Source: Tubulanus polymorphus | Lineage: Eukaryota; Animalia; Nemertea | Assembly (NCBI RefSeq): GCF_964204645.1 | Contig: NC_134034.1 | Location: 1,922,072-1,986,071, forward strand | Reading direction: 5' to 3' | DNA: 64,000 nucleotides | Shown here: positions 1 to 21,955 of the stretch, one piece after another | Position numbering within the stretch: the first letter of the stretch is position 1 | Layout of the letters: every line of letters begins with the position of its first letter | The notes under the pieces: model-generated | The model's database searches: none | What the model was told of the DNA's origin: nothing | Seen by the model: the letters and a program-made list of their open reading frames with translations, nothing else | Program-made: the position numbers and the translations under genes

Positions 1-1840
1 ACAGTAAATCATCTAAATCATCGTACTGTGCTTGCTCGAAACGGTTTTATATAAAAATATAACTGCAGTCTTCTAATCAATTATTCATTAACTAATTAAT
101 CATATTAATATCGATAAAAGAATCTAATAGCTTTAAACGTTTTATTTCTCTAAAAAACGAATTTTATTGCAAACGTTTTTTTTCTAGAGAACGAACTTTC
201 GTTGTTTTTTAAACATAATTTTCAATTAATCACCGTTCGTTAACAATCGCTAAGGAGAACTTTAATTAACTAATTTTCAAATTTCTCAGATGAAAAAAAA
301 ACCTATTTTTCTTTTCAAGGGGAGAGGGAGAAAGTATAGCAAAAACAGTTTCTCTTCGAGACTCGCTCGCCAAGTCTTTCATTCACAGCGTGTCGCTGAA
401 ATATCGAAACTAAGATGAAAAAAAGAAATCCGCCGAAAACAGGCGGCGACTAGCGTAACAATTGCTTAGATACTGTTGCTATGGTAATGATGGCGGGCAA
501 ATTCAGAATCGAGGCAATATTTACTCTGAGAAATGTTTGAGTTTTTCAAAAAAAAAGTCCGAGCCGAAACCGTGCGATTCGGATATCCCCGCGACCATCC
601 ACTAGAGAAAGGGACGACCCAGCCTTGATTTCAATATCCTCGGAGCCAACCACTGAAGGGATGGCTCCATTTTTGGATATTGTTGGAGGCACCCACTAGA
701 TGATGGGATTAGTCCATAATTTGAATAATCTTTGAGCCACCACCTAGTGAAAGGATTGATTCTGATTGTCATGGCTAAGATATTCCTGGAGCCACCCCCA
801 TTAGGTACAAGCGTGAAAGCAACAAACATGGTTTTACATCCATCTAAAAAGGGGGAAAAGCCGATAATGTCTTTTCGGGGTTTTGGATTTGGCAACGAGT
901 AACAACGTTATACAAACTCTGTTTTCTAATTAGTTTTCGTTCATATTAAATTAACTAATTAAACAACATCGTTAACATTTTAATCAATCGATAATTCGTT
1001 TTGTTTATAACGGATTAAAACATTTTGTATACGATGAATACAACCCCCGCCCGGTCCCAGCCCCTGCCCGACCCTCGAGTCCCCACGCGTGGTCCCGCTA
1101 CAAATTCAAATCCTGTCAATAATATAATAAAGCCGCACTTATCAGGTTTCAAAGAACTAAACATTACACGAAAACCGAGCACAGTCCATGGTCCGCGATT
1201 TCAACACAACCGATATTCCGACGTTTTAAATAGTTCGTTAGATGGCGCTTCCCGCAATGTTACAAAACACACAAATTCACGCAATAAAGAGTTAATATTT
1301 GACAACTATCAGCGTCTGTTCAATGACTTCAAATCAGGGTAAGATTTTCAGATGGATGTTACGAGTAAGGTACCGGGCAATGGGGTACCGGCACCGCTAA
1401 CTGTGGCAATCGACGATTCCGCTAATGGCAGGAGAGGATCCACCAGGTGTCGCTAGTAGTTACCCAGTATTCCGCCTGCAATTTCTTCAATATATCAACC
1501 GAATTCTAATCATTTCTAATAAAACTATTTCTTATAAACCTATTGGGAAAGTCAATCTTATATCTATTCGATGACTTATTTGAGAGCGTTTCCATTTGGG
1601 AGCCTAAAAATCCAGTTCAAAGTTCATCGAAAATTAACTAATTTTCACTACGTATAATTGAGTGTATTGTAGCGCCATCTGGTTTCTGCCGATACCCCAT
1701 TAAAATTTTTGTTTCGCTCACGAAATGTCATTAACGCAGAGATCTGTATTCCGGACTGTCGACGGGATTCAGATGACTGTACTGGATGCTGGACAAGTTA
1801 CCAAACAGACCGATGGTCAAACTATCGACTAGTCACCCAA

Positions 1841-2083
1841 CTGTCAACCGGATACCTGACTGTCAACCAGATACCTGACTGTCAACCGGATACCTGACTG
1901 TCAACCGGATACCTGACTGTCAACCGGATACCTGACTGTCAACCGGATACTTGACTGTCAACCGGATACCTGACTGTCAACCGGATACCTGACTGTCAAC
2001 CGGATACTTGACTGTCAACCGGATACCTGACTGTCAACCGGATACCTGACTGTCAACCGGATACCTGACTGTCAACCGGATAC
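1841..2083. repeat. 19-bp minisatellite (CTGTCAACCGGATACCTGA), about 12 copies, downstream of the PIP4K2 stop
   Basis: Direct tandem copies. Confidence 0.95.
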
Positions 2084-2340
2084 AGGAGCCTGTTAAAAAA
2101 TAATTACGCTTCCATCTTATTATCACTAAAAAGTGGCGACTAGTTACGACAATCACCACGCCACCTATATTAAACCGTGCAAACCACGATGCACGAACGC
2201 GCACGTGCACGCCCTCTGGTGGTGAGAATACGAACGAACGAAACATTACGAACGTAACGCGATACACAATAGACAATAGTTTTATGAACGACCAATAGGG
2301 GTCGCTGCTAGCGATGGCGTCGTCGTCCGTTGATTGATTA

Positions 2341-12087
<9,747 letters not shown>

Positions 12088-12595
12088 TTTCCAGCAGGGA
12101 GGGAGTCGAGGACGAGAGAGAGAGAGTAGAGAGGAGTTTCACACGTCCAGCAGAGTCCAAACTAATCCTACCGGCTCCTCTGCTGATCCGGGTTAAAATC
12201 CACGCTTAAATCTAATCCTACTAATCCGACGATGCCGCTCATAACAGTATGAATCCGGCGACCGCGTCACGACTGTCCCGTTTCTAATCCGAATAAACTC
12301 GAATCGCAGTGAAAATCATGAAAATATCAGAAATGGCGTCAACAACCTGTTTTCCCAGAATTCCTGGAATCCTATTAGTGCCCACCATCGTTGATAGACG
12401 GCGGAGCGGTATTCACACGCAATTCAATCCAAATATGATTTTATTCTGCATAGGTCCCCGCACAAATCAAATTCAAATATAAGTTTATTCGACAAAGTAT
12501 TGCAAAAACTGTTTTGTGTCCGTAAACGTCTTTATCCCCTCTATCATAAAATATACTAAGTGTGCTAGAAATTTCGTAGGTCAAAAACCCTTACT

Positions 12596-12634
12596 CCCAA
12601 ACCATGGACTCTAAAACGAAGTCCATGCCCAAAC
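12596..12634. mobile_element. 25-bp CATG..CATG mini-palindrome with perfect 7-bp flanking duplication (P-element-like footprint or micro-MITE)
   Basis: cccaaac CATGGACTctaaaacgaAGTCCATG cccaaac. Confidence 0.65.
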
Positions 12635-13252
12635 TAAGGAATGCCTATGGAATAAAATAAACCAAAAATCCTGAAGGACAAATAAAAAAGCAGTAAAATT
12701 TCCAAAATTATCTTTTTCTTTATTAAATGCCCATTACTCTATATATAAAAAAAGAAAACATGTGCTGTAAATGATACAATAAAATGTTATAATAGGAAAT
12801 TGCTTTGTAGAAAAGAAAATAACCATTAACAATTTTTGACTAAAATTTTTAATTAATACAATTTTGATGCGGTTACTGGACCAAACTGCAGTCCAGTTAC
12901 TGGAGTGAACTACAGTAATTCGGTTTCTCACTTGGACTAAGCTACAAAGTCTGGTTACCCACTAAACCGCAGTCCAGTTAACGGACCAAACCACAATCCA
13001 GTTACTCGAGTAACACAGTCCACTCTCTAAACAAACTGACTTAAACCAACTGTGAACAGTCCAGTCCATGGAATACTTAACCAATCTGGTTATTCCCTAA
13101 AACACTTGCTGACTAAAACACTCACATGGCCAACCAAATTCCTTATACTTGACTAAACCGCAATTCAGTTACTGTATGTTCATTCTCGTTTTAAAGAGCA
13201 TCCATTTGCGCTCTCAACAATTTGAGAACGTTTTTTCACGAATTCGATTTAA

Positions 13253-13513
13253 CCCTTTCAGTGCATCTACACCGCATTGCGGTGTATACATCGGTGATGG
13301 ATTTTGCTAGTACACCGCATTGCGGTGTATTGATGTAATTAGTTTTTATCTCTATTGAAAGATGGCAGCACCTGTCACACATAGTGAAATATTATAGCGA
13401 TGTAGACGTACTATAGCGGTATTCCCGTTATTCAACACACTAGGGTGGAATTATTCAAAATGTTCAAATTATCTCCAGCACTATAGGGTATAAATTAGTC
13501 AGCACTGAAAGGG
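13253..13513. mobile_element. piggyBac-like MITE just downstream of the ZDHHC12 stop
   Basis: TTAA|CCCTTTCAGTGC...GCACTGAAAGGG|TTAA. Confidence 0.88.
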
Positions 13514-13572
13514 TTAACAATCTGAACAGATGACTTGTCTAGTTTAGTTCAGTTCCCCGTTTAAAATTAGGG

Positions 13573-15890
13573 TTAAACAATTTCGAACGACCCGACCTTC
13601 CTCATGTAAACTCGTTCCCATCGTTTACCGCGACGACGACGACACAAAAAATCGAAAACGTTCCGACGACATCCCTCGTCGAACGGGTTCGTGGCGAAGT
13701 GTAAATGTTTCAGGTATCGTATGCGCTCGCGACCGACGAACTCCCACGTGGTGGCGTTGACGGTCATCAGATAGAAATGTCCGAACGCGAGCGGAATCAT
13801 TATCAAATGCCCGACGACGAGCCAGAATAGATCGAACAGTAAAACGTGATTCGACACGAGCCATTGTCTCCACGTATCTGACGACTGTAACGCGTGCCTG
13901 AAATAACAAATAATTTTGTGCTTAAGTTTTGGACTGATTTCATTGAATTATAAAATGACTTGATGACATCATTGCTAAGCTCTACAAATACTGGTATCTG
14001 CACAGGGAGGGCAGGAGTTTGCGCTAAGGCAGATTCTCTAGATGCAATCAGGTTTAAATTCTAGTGAGGGAAGAATGTGACAGAGTCTCATGATGTCATC
14101 AGGTTCAAATCCCTGCTGAGGGAGGATGTGACTACTAGGGGCAGGGGTTTGTACTGTGACATAGTCTCATGATGTCATCAGGTTCAAATCCCTGCTGAGG
14201 GAGGATCTAGGGCAGGGGTTTGTACTGCGACAGAGTCTCATGATGTCATCAGGTTCAAATCTCTGCTGAGGGAGGATGTGTCTACTAGAACAGGGGTTTG
14301 TACTGTGACAGAGTCTCATGATGTCATCAGGTTCAAATCTCTGTTGAGGGAGGATGTGTCTACTAGGACAGGGGTTTGTACTGTGATAGAGTCTCATGAT
14401 GTCATCAGGTTTAAATCCCTGCTGAGGGAGGATGTGTCTACTAGGACAGGGGTTTGTACTGTGATAGAGTCTCACGATGTCATCAGGTTCAAATCTCTGT
14501 TGAGGGAGGATGTGTCTACTAGGACAGGGGTTTGTACTGTGACATAGTCTCATGATGTCATCAGGTTCAAATCCCTGCTGAGAACGAATGCACCTACCAG
14601 GTAGCAGTAAAACACCAGAACATGAGAACGATCGTCGAGATAAGAAACACAAGGAAATGTTTATGGTTGAATTCTCCGATGCACGCATCAAACCACGGAC
14701 AATGATGATCAAACTTACGGACGCATCGGCCGCAATCCTCACAGTGACGAGCTCTAAGAGGTTGCTACAATTAAACATTAATACACAATCACAATACTGG
14801 CAATGTTACTGTGGCGATAATGGATTTCTAATTCGAGAAAGTGAGGATCCACCAGGTGTCGCTAATGAGCAGTAGGACATCTACAATAGAGGATTTCACT
14901 TGTGGCAAGTGATGATCCATCAGGTGTCGCTAGTGAGCATTAGAACTTTAACTACCGCGACAATAAAGGATTCCATTTGAGGCAAGTGTGGATCCACCAG
15001 GTGTCGCTAGTTTGCAGTAGGACATCAACTAGGATTCCATTGGCGACAAGTGAGGATCCACCAGGTGTCACTAGTGTGCAATAGGATATCCTTAGCTTCC
15101 CTACAAGATTGTTTAATGATTTAATCAATCTCTGCACCCGGTCCCGCAAGTAATAAATTGTTTCACTCAGTACCTGGACCCCACAAAAACCACATTTTCG
15201 AAAGACTGTTTTGTTATTTTCAGGATCGATTTGTATATTCAGATCGGAGCAGTTTGAATCATCAAAATTCTTCTGAAAACAAAAACAAAAACAGACAAAT
15301 ATCAATGAATGACTGAAATCTAAATTCTGGAATTCACAAAATTCTAGAATTTTCAGTTCACTTACCTGTTCGTCCAGGGATACGAACCCGGGCCCGATTA
15401 TATAGGTCATGTGATAGGTTAAAAGCGATACGAACCAGGTGAACGTAAAACACAGAATATTCACCGAACTCTCAGCGTTGTAATACATCGCATAGATTTC
15501 TGAAAAATTGAAAAGGTAATTTTGAAGCTTAGGCGTTAGATCCACAACTGCAGTTAACTCTTAAACAAAGGAAGGAAGATTGTGTGTGTTTGTAAAAATT
15601 AAAAAATCTTAATCTTTTTTACATGTTTAAATACTCGCGAATGCGAGTGTGCTGGAGTATTTAAATGAATGAAATTTCTTCAATTTCAACAAATAACATG
15701 AAGATGAATAATTCGACAAATTCGACTTTTTCATACCAGTTTTAGTGACGATCAAACTCGTCGGTATCGCTATTGTTAAAAACGTATGGAAGCCCCTGAC
15801 AATCACTTTACAGTAGGGTCTGTAATCTTTAACGACGCCCGCCAAATACGGGTCGAATTTCGACATTTCTTTGTAACTAGAAAAACTCAT
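13573..15890 (-). CDS. ZDHHC12: DHHC palmitoyltransferase, ZDHHC12-like (5 exons, about 292 aa)
   Basis: Exons 15890-15737, 15499-15366, 15272-15174, 14764-14598, 13897-13573 (879 nt, in phase). [28 protein letters not shown] domain; NATTWEF and NPFDEG C-terminal motifs. An in-frame ATG 24 nt downstream is an alternative start. Confidence 0.9.
14075..14582 (+). repeat. 78-79 bp minisatellite family B (ATGATGTCATCAGGTTCAAATCCCTGCTGAGG...), about 7 copies
   Basis: Tandem copies in ZDHHC12 intron 4; near-identical array at 44210-44805. Confidence 0.95.
14840..15090 (+). repeat. Family C minisatellite (CTCF-like motif)
   Basis: GATCCAYCAGGTGTCRCTA x4 in ZDHHC12 intron 3. Confidence 0.85.
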
Positions 15891-16279
15891 CTTTCTCAGT
15901 TTCCACGGACGCCGCCATTGCCGCAACGACCTTCAGAATGCGGTACAAAAAGGCCGTACATAAACTTAGTCGTACAGAAAAAAAAACTCTTTGATCTTGA
16001 AAATATATAATAAATGATGTATTTCCCGTTTAGTATAGGCAATCGTTATCTTTACTGTTCTCAATGCTGATTAAGTTTAAGATGAGTTCAATAAAATTAC
16101 ATTGAATTTGGCAATTGTAGAATGTTGAGCAAAAAATAGATAGAATGTCGAGTGCAATGGGACGAACGTAAAACGCGGATCGGGACTGATTCTCCACGAC
16201 TGAGTCCGCATTACGTATTTTACCGCTCTTCAATCGAGACAATATTGCAGTTTCGCTGCGATTCGAAGCCGTTTTAAAG
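15891..16279. promoter_or_regulatory. Putative bidirectional promoter ZDHHC12/ODR4
   Basis: Head-to-head ATGs about 390 bp apart. Confidence 0.6.
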
Positions 16280-19200
16280 ATGAATCGAGTCGTGATAGCC
16301 GAGGAAAGTCTTCAGGATCAAATCGGCGATATATTGAAATCGGAGAAACAGCAGATCGGTTTACTGATCGGGCAGGTAAGCTCGTCAAACCGGCAAAAAT
16401 CTAAAAAATCCGTCGGCAAATTCAATACGATTTTATTGTGACGTCAAAATGAAATGTCAAAGCTTAAGTCAAGATATTCGATATCAGGATTCAACCAAAA
16501 TCAAACCTTAGTTAAGTAACTACAGGGCCCTATTTTTCTTTTTTAAACAAAAAAGGACAAAAATGAGAATTTTGGAAAATCTATGGAGATTTTATTTGTA
16601 ATGTAACTGTAAGGTTCATCATGAACAAACTGTCGGAGACGGAATTGCTTAAAAGTTAATTAGATTCATATTTGTTGGGCTTGGGGGATCTCAATTTATC
16701 AAAATACAACTCTTCGTCCGATTTTCGATATTTGTTCTCTTTATTCAGTTAACAGCCAATAAACATTATGTGGTGTATATGATAAAAACTCCATCGGAAG
16801 ATGATGAAAACGAGAAGGAAAATGAAGCCGGTACGATGACCGCAAAAGAGAAAGCGAAGAAGAAAAAGAAAAAGCCGTCAGAAGAGGAGACTGAGGAGGT
16901 CGGAGCTTTGAAGACGACAAGTGATTCTTGGATTGGTCTGCACGCTAAACAGGTACTATATAACCGCAACAGGTGCATGTCAATTCTAACAGGTGCATGT
17001 CAATTCTTACAGGTGCATGTAAATTCTAACAAGAGGTACATGTCAATTTTAACAGGTGCATGTCAATGCCTACAGGTGCATGTCAATTGTAACTGGTGCA
17101 TGTCAATGCCAACAGGTGCATGTTAATCAGGGTTACTACAGCCCCTCAAATCCCTCAAAAACCCCTCAAATTCCAAAATCCATTTTTGGTAGTACAAAAT
17201 CTCTCAAATTCTGAGTTTTAGCCCTTGGTCCCTCAAATTCCCCTCAAATTCTGAAATTTTCATCTCTCAGAGAATTTTGTATCACCTATTTCGAAAGGAC
17301 CTTTCTTCAAACATTATCTCAATGTTCTGATTTCTGGTGTGTTTTTGTTTTCCCCTAGGTGCAGCGTATGTTACCGGGAGGTTTAGACGTGATAGGCGTG
17401 TACGCCGCGGCGCCGCAGTCCGTCATGGAGAAAGCTTTAACTCGTCTCAGACAAATCATCTACGCCGTTTATAAAATACTCAATAAAAACTCGTTAATCA
17501 CCACGACGACAGCAGACGGCTTCTCTAACGAGCGGATTGTATTACAGATCTGTCAAACTACGAGAAAGTATCCTTTTATCATCCCCCTATGACATCATCA
17601 AATTACCTACCAGTGTGAATTGATCTATGGACACTTCTAGAAAAGATGTATGCCTCCGTAAATCCCCCTATGACATCATCAAATTGATTTGATATAAAGA
17701 CCCCCTTGAAGAGGTCTCCCGCCATATTTCCTCTTGTGACTTTAGTTTAAATCCCCTCCTTTGAGTGAATGGCTGCCTTTATAAATCCCCCTATGACATC
17801 ATCTAGTTCCCCGATACACCTAGTTTAGAGACGCTTCTTTCATTGAATGGCTGCCTCCATAAATCCCACTATGACATCATCAAGTTCCGCATACACCTAG
17901 TTAAGAGACCTCTTTTATTGAATGGCTGCCTTCATAAATCCCACTATGATATCATAATAATGATCGATATTTTACTATTAATTGATGATTCTTAACTCGT
18001 CGATGATGAAGAGTTTTATGTAAAACGTTCGACGGTGAGAATCGTAACGATTCGCTTCGCGCGTCCGATTTCAAATATCAGACGTCGTTGACCGATCGTT
18101 GGTTAACCCTTCACACGCGGGTCGCCGTCGACCATTCGTTCGTTATACCGGTCGAATCGAAATCGGAGAAATTCTTCAATCAATTACAGGTTAGTTTTAC
18201 CGGTTCGAGATCGAGTGAAAGAAACCGTGTGTTCGTTTTTACGCATATAACCAAAATGGGTGGTTCCTTGATATTCTTAGACTTTGATTTATCTGGTGGC
18301 GGGGGCTCCAAGAATATGGCTCCAGGTGGATTTGATATCCTGTTTGAAATTTCATGTATGGTCATATTATTTCCGAGAATAATATCAAAATCATGGTATT
18401 TGGAGCCATCCTTGGGTGGATTTGACGTCTGCTACTGAAACATGGTATTTCGTGATGCAAGGTTAAAGAAATTGATACCTTGTTTCTCGTTTCTGCTGGG
18501 CTTAAAAGTTGACCCGGCCGGTCGCCTATCTATCCTTTACAATCACGATCAAGTTAACGATAACAGACACAGTTATAGAAATGAACTGTTTACAGCCGAT
18601 TATGAGAAACTAGATATATCGTTTTTGATTAGCCTGATTTGTTTATTTTGTTTTCGTAGTCCGGTTTGAGTGATTTCAGCGAGAACGTGCAAGCGTCTGT
18701 CGGTACGGTCGACGGAATTCTACGAGATTCGAACGAACCGTTATTCGTTCCGAAGCAGACGGAACCGACCGGCGGCGGCGGCGGCAAGAAAAAAGGCGGC
18801 AAAAAACAGCAGCAACAAAATGAGAATTTCGACCGCAGTCAATTGTCGTTTAACGTAGATTTATTCCTTCAAATGGTATGTGAAACATTTATTTTCATAT
18901 TTAAAATTTTAACGAGGTCCCTACGACTCTTTGAAAACTTTTAAACCAAAAATATTTTTCAAGGTCCTTAAATATCCTTGATTTTGAGCAAAATGCCCAA
19001 AAGTCCTTAAATATTGAGAAATTGGCAATAAGAAACGTTTTAGACCTAGTTATCGTACACGCAGAGTCTACAGTGATCATTGGGATATGATAGTGATGCA
19101 GACACTCATCGAAATTTGAAAATTTCTCCTTGAAATCTCCTTGGAAAAATCCTTGAATTCATGGAATGACTGATCTGTAGGGACCCTTGAATAAGCTGGG

Positions 19201-20342
19201 TCTAGTCTTGAATCTGAGCCATGACTATGCACTTGGTCCCTGAATTTAAGCTCGCGCAACTGTGGAACTGAAATTGCTGCAGTGTTGCTTTGTTGATCGC
19301 ACTTTATATTGTTCTGATTGACAGCTAGTCCCGACAGACCCCGCCCCCGTGCAGGATATCGTAAACAGGTTCCACATGCGCGGTACGATGCAAGCGCGCG
19401 CGTTTGTGCACAATAAAGCCACAGTCAAAGAAGGTCTTCAGGTACGTCGTATTTTACCTTCTAGCGCCATCTAGAGACAGCAGATGTAGGTTTCTGATTG
19501 AAACTTAATCTTCAAGCCTAAGTTGTTCATTTGTCAATTTCTAATACAGTGCAGGATTCCAGAGTCAAAATCAATTTGTCATTTGTTCAGGAGGACTCTT
19601 TAGGAGTCAATTTCTAATTCAATCCACTGACTCCGTAGTCAAAAGGAGCCTTTTCATCAATCGATGCAGGACTCTTGAGTCAATTCTTTACTTAATGCAG
19701 GACTCCGTAGTCAGTATTAATGCAGGACTCTTGAGTCAATTCTTAACTTAACACAGGACTCCGTAGTCAGTATTAATGCAGGACTCTTGAGTCAATTCTT
19801 TACTTAACGCAGGACTCCGTAGTCAGTATTAATGCAGGACTCTTGAGTCAATTCTTTACTTAACGCAGGACTCCGTAGTCAGTATTAATGCAGGACTCTT
19901 GAGTCAATTCTTTACTAAACGCAGGACTCTGGAATCAGTCTGAAAATATTCTACAACATGTACCTGGTTTTAATTTCATTTTCTGATTCCATTTTGTTAT
20001 AGGCGTTGAAGACTGATATAATCCGGGGTATGAAAGCTCGTTGCGATCTGTTGTACGAGGACCTTCTCGACGCTAAGGAAGATGGTAGGAATGATTTTTA
20101 ATCTTAAACGATATTTCTGTCGAAAATGAGTAGACTTTTTTATCTGTTGAATTACTATTCATAGAAAATAGTAACTTTTAACTATAGATTCCTTAAATGA
20201 AGGTATGTAAGATGTGAATGGATTTGGTTTGGTGGTTGAATCAGGATTGTTTGGATCAAAAGGTTTAAATTCCGATAAAACTATTTTATGAGGCAATTTC
20301 GTTTCTGTTGTCTGTCCACTCTGTACCTACCCCCGGTAAAAG

Positions 20343-20375
<33 letters not shown>

Positions 20376-21689
20376 ATGCGACGAATTTCAGATGGCTATT
20401 TTGATAAATCCCCCTATGACATCATCAAATTTTTCAGCAGAGGCGGCTTTCCTTTTGGGAAGTGTCTATAGATCAAATAACTAGTAGACACTTTGATGAT
20501 GTCATAGGGGGATTTATGAAGGCAGACATCGTTTCTAGAAAAGCTGATCCAATCAGTAATAGCTAATTATTGAGGATTAATGGGTCTTCCTAAAATCGCT
20601 GGTAGATTATTTAATGATGTCATAGGGTGATTGATCTAATGATTGAAAGTGGCCACGTTTTTGTCTCAACAATCGACGCCATTTGATGTATTTCAGATAC
20701 GTCGTCGACGGCGATGGAAACTCCGATGCGCGTGTTCACTCACCTGCCAGGGCAGACGTGCGGTTTTTGCGATTATCTGTTCACCGACGAAACGCCGCAG
20801 GACGTCATCGACCGGTGTCGCGAGATTCTCGACTTGGATCTCGATCTCGAGAATATCGAAACCAATCTCGAAAAACAGCCAGGTTAGAAGCATACCCCCC
20901 GATCCGTCTGCTCAAGAAATGGAGCTTGAATCCTCAATTGCTGCAGTACTTGATGTCCTACTGCTCACTAGCGACACCTGGTGGATACTCACTCGCCACA
21001 AGTGGAATCCTCTATTGCTGCAGTAGTTGATGTCCTACTGCACACTAGCGACATTTGGTAGATCCTCACTTATCACAAGTGGAATCCTCTATTGCTGCAG
21101 TAGTTCATGTCCTACTGCACACTAGCGATACCTGGTGGATCCTCACTTACCACAAGTGGAATCCTCTATTGCTGCAGTAGTTCATGTCCTACTGCACACT
21201 AGCAACACCTGGTGGATCCTCACTTGCCACAGTAGATTTTGGAGTCCTAGATGGTCGTTGGAATTTTTTCTCCCTTCTCATTTTTCAGATATGAATGAAT
21301 TGGAATCTTCTGAAGATGAAATAGAGGGGAAAAAACAAAACGAAAACCAACCAGCGTCGGATCGAAATTACACAGGTAGGCAGTCAGACGCAGCCTCGAC
21401 CAGTTTTAACACTCGAGACTCGTTTCCACATTTCTGAGTTTCGATTAGACTCACAGTTAACTATGGGAACTAAGTCCTGAGAAATATGTATGATAATTAG
21501 TCATTTATAATCCCGGTTATGAGGGGTATAAAAGCTAAGTTCTTATTTTGGGGTAAATCAATCCCAGTCTTCAAAGAATATATTTTCTAATTCAATGCGT
21601 ATGTGTATTTCATAGGTTTACTAATAGGTGGCGCCGTTAGTGTGTTAGCGGCCGCGATATCGTATCTCTTCGTCGGACAGGAATCGTAG
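16280..21689 (+). CDS. ODR4: Protein odr-4 homolog (10 exons, about 482 aa, C-terminal TM anchor)
   Basis: Exons 16280-16375, 16749-16952, 17359-17567, 18012-18189, 18660-18875, 19325-19441, 20003-20084, 20697-20882, 21289-21375, 21616-21689 (1449 nt, in phase). GLLIGQ, HAKQVQRMLPGGLDVIGV, FCDYLF motifs; hydrophobic tail GLLIGGAVSVLAAAISYLFV. Confidence 0.92.
16969..17122. repeat. 20-bp minisatellite (CAGGTGCATGTCAATTCTAA)
   Basis: About 8 copies just after the ODR4 exon 2 donor. Confidence 0.9.
17568..18011 (+). other. U12-type (minor spliceosome) GT-AG intron, ODR4 intron 3
   Basis: Donor GTATCCTTT; branch-like TTCTTAAC at 17989-17996 close to AG 18010-18011; no polypyrimidine tract; splice restores TTRK/VLCKTFD. 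Confidence 0.85.
17580..17955 (-). repeat. Family A minisatellite inside the U12 intron
   Basis: Recurrent CTATGACATCATC. Confidence 0.8.
19660..19930. repeat. 56-bp minisatellite (GCAGGACTC dimer), about 5 copies
   Basis: Direct tandem copies. Confidence 0.9.
20935..21230 (-). repeat. Family C minisatellite, reverse orientation, about 4 copies
   Basis: CTAGCGACACCTGGTGGATCCTCAC units at 79-bp spacing. Confidence 0.88.
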
Positions 21690-21955
21690 ATTTAAATCTC
21701 GAATATGAAATCTATAAGATGTTCGTGTAAATCTCGGTGCTGGTTGTGAATGAAATAATTTGCGGGACCATTTAGCGAAGTCGGAGTGACTTCAAGCGCG
21801 AGACTCGAGGATTGATAACGTGGCTATTATAAGATTGTAAGCAAGGCTTCAAGGGGTTGGGCAAGGAATGAACTGTACAAGTGCAGTATTTATCTGACGC
21901 CTGGAATCTGAGCCCTTTCAGATATTTGATGCTTTATCACCATTCTTTCAATTTG

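Noticed and set aside
14167-14778. 203-aa minus-strand ORF
   Set aside because: Wrong frame of the DHHC exon running into the family B repeat.
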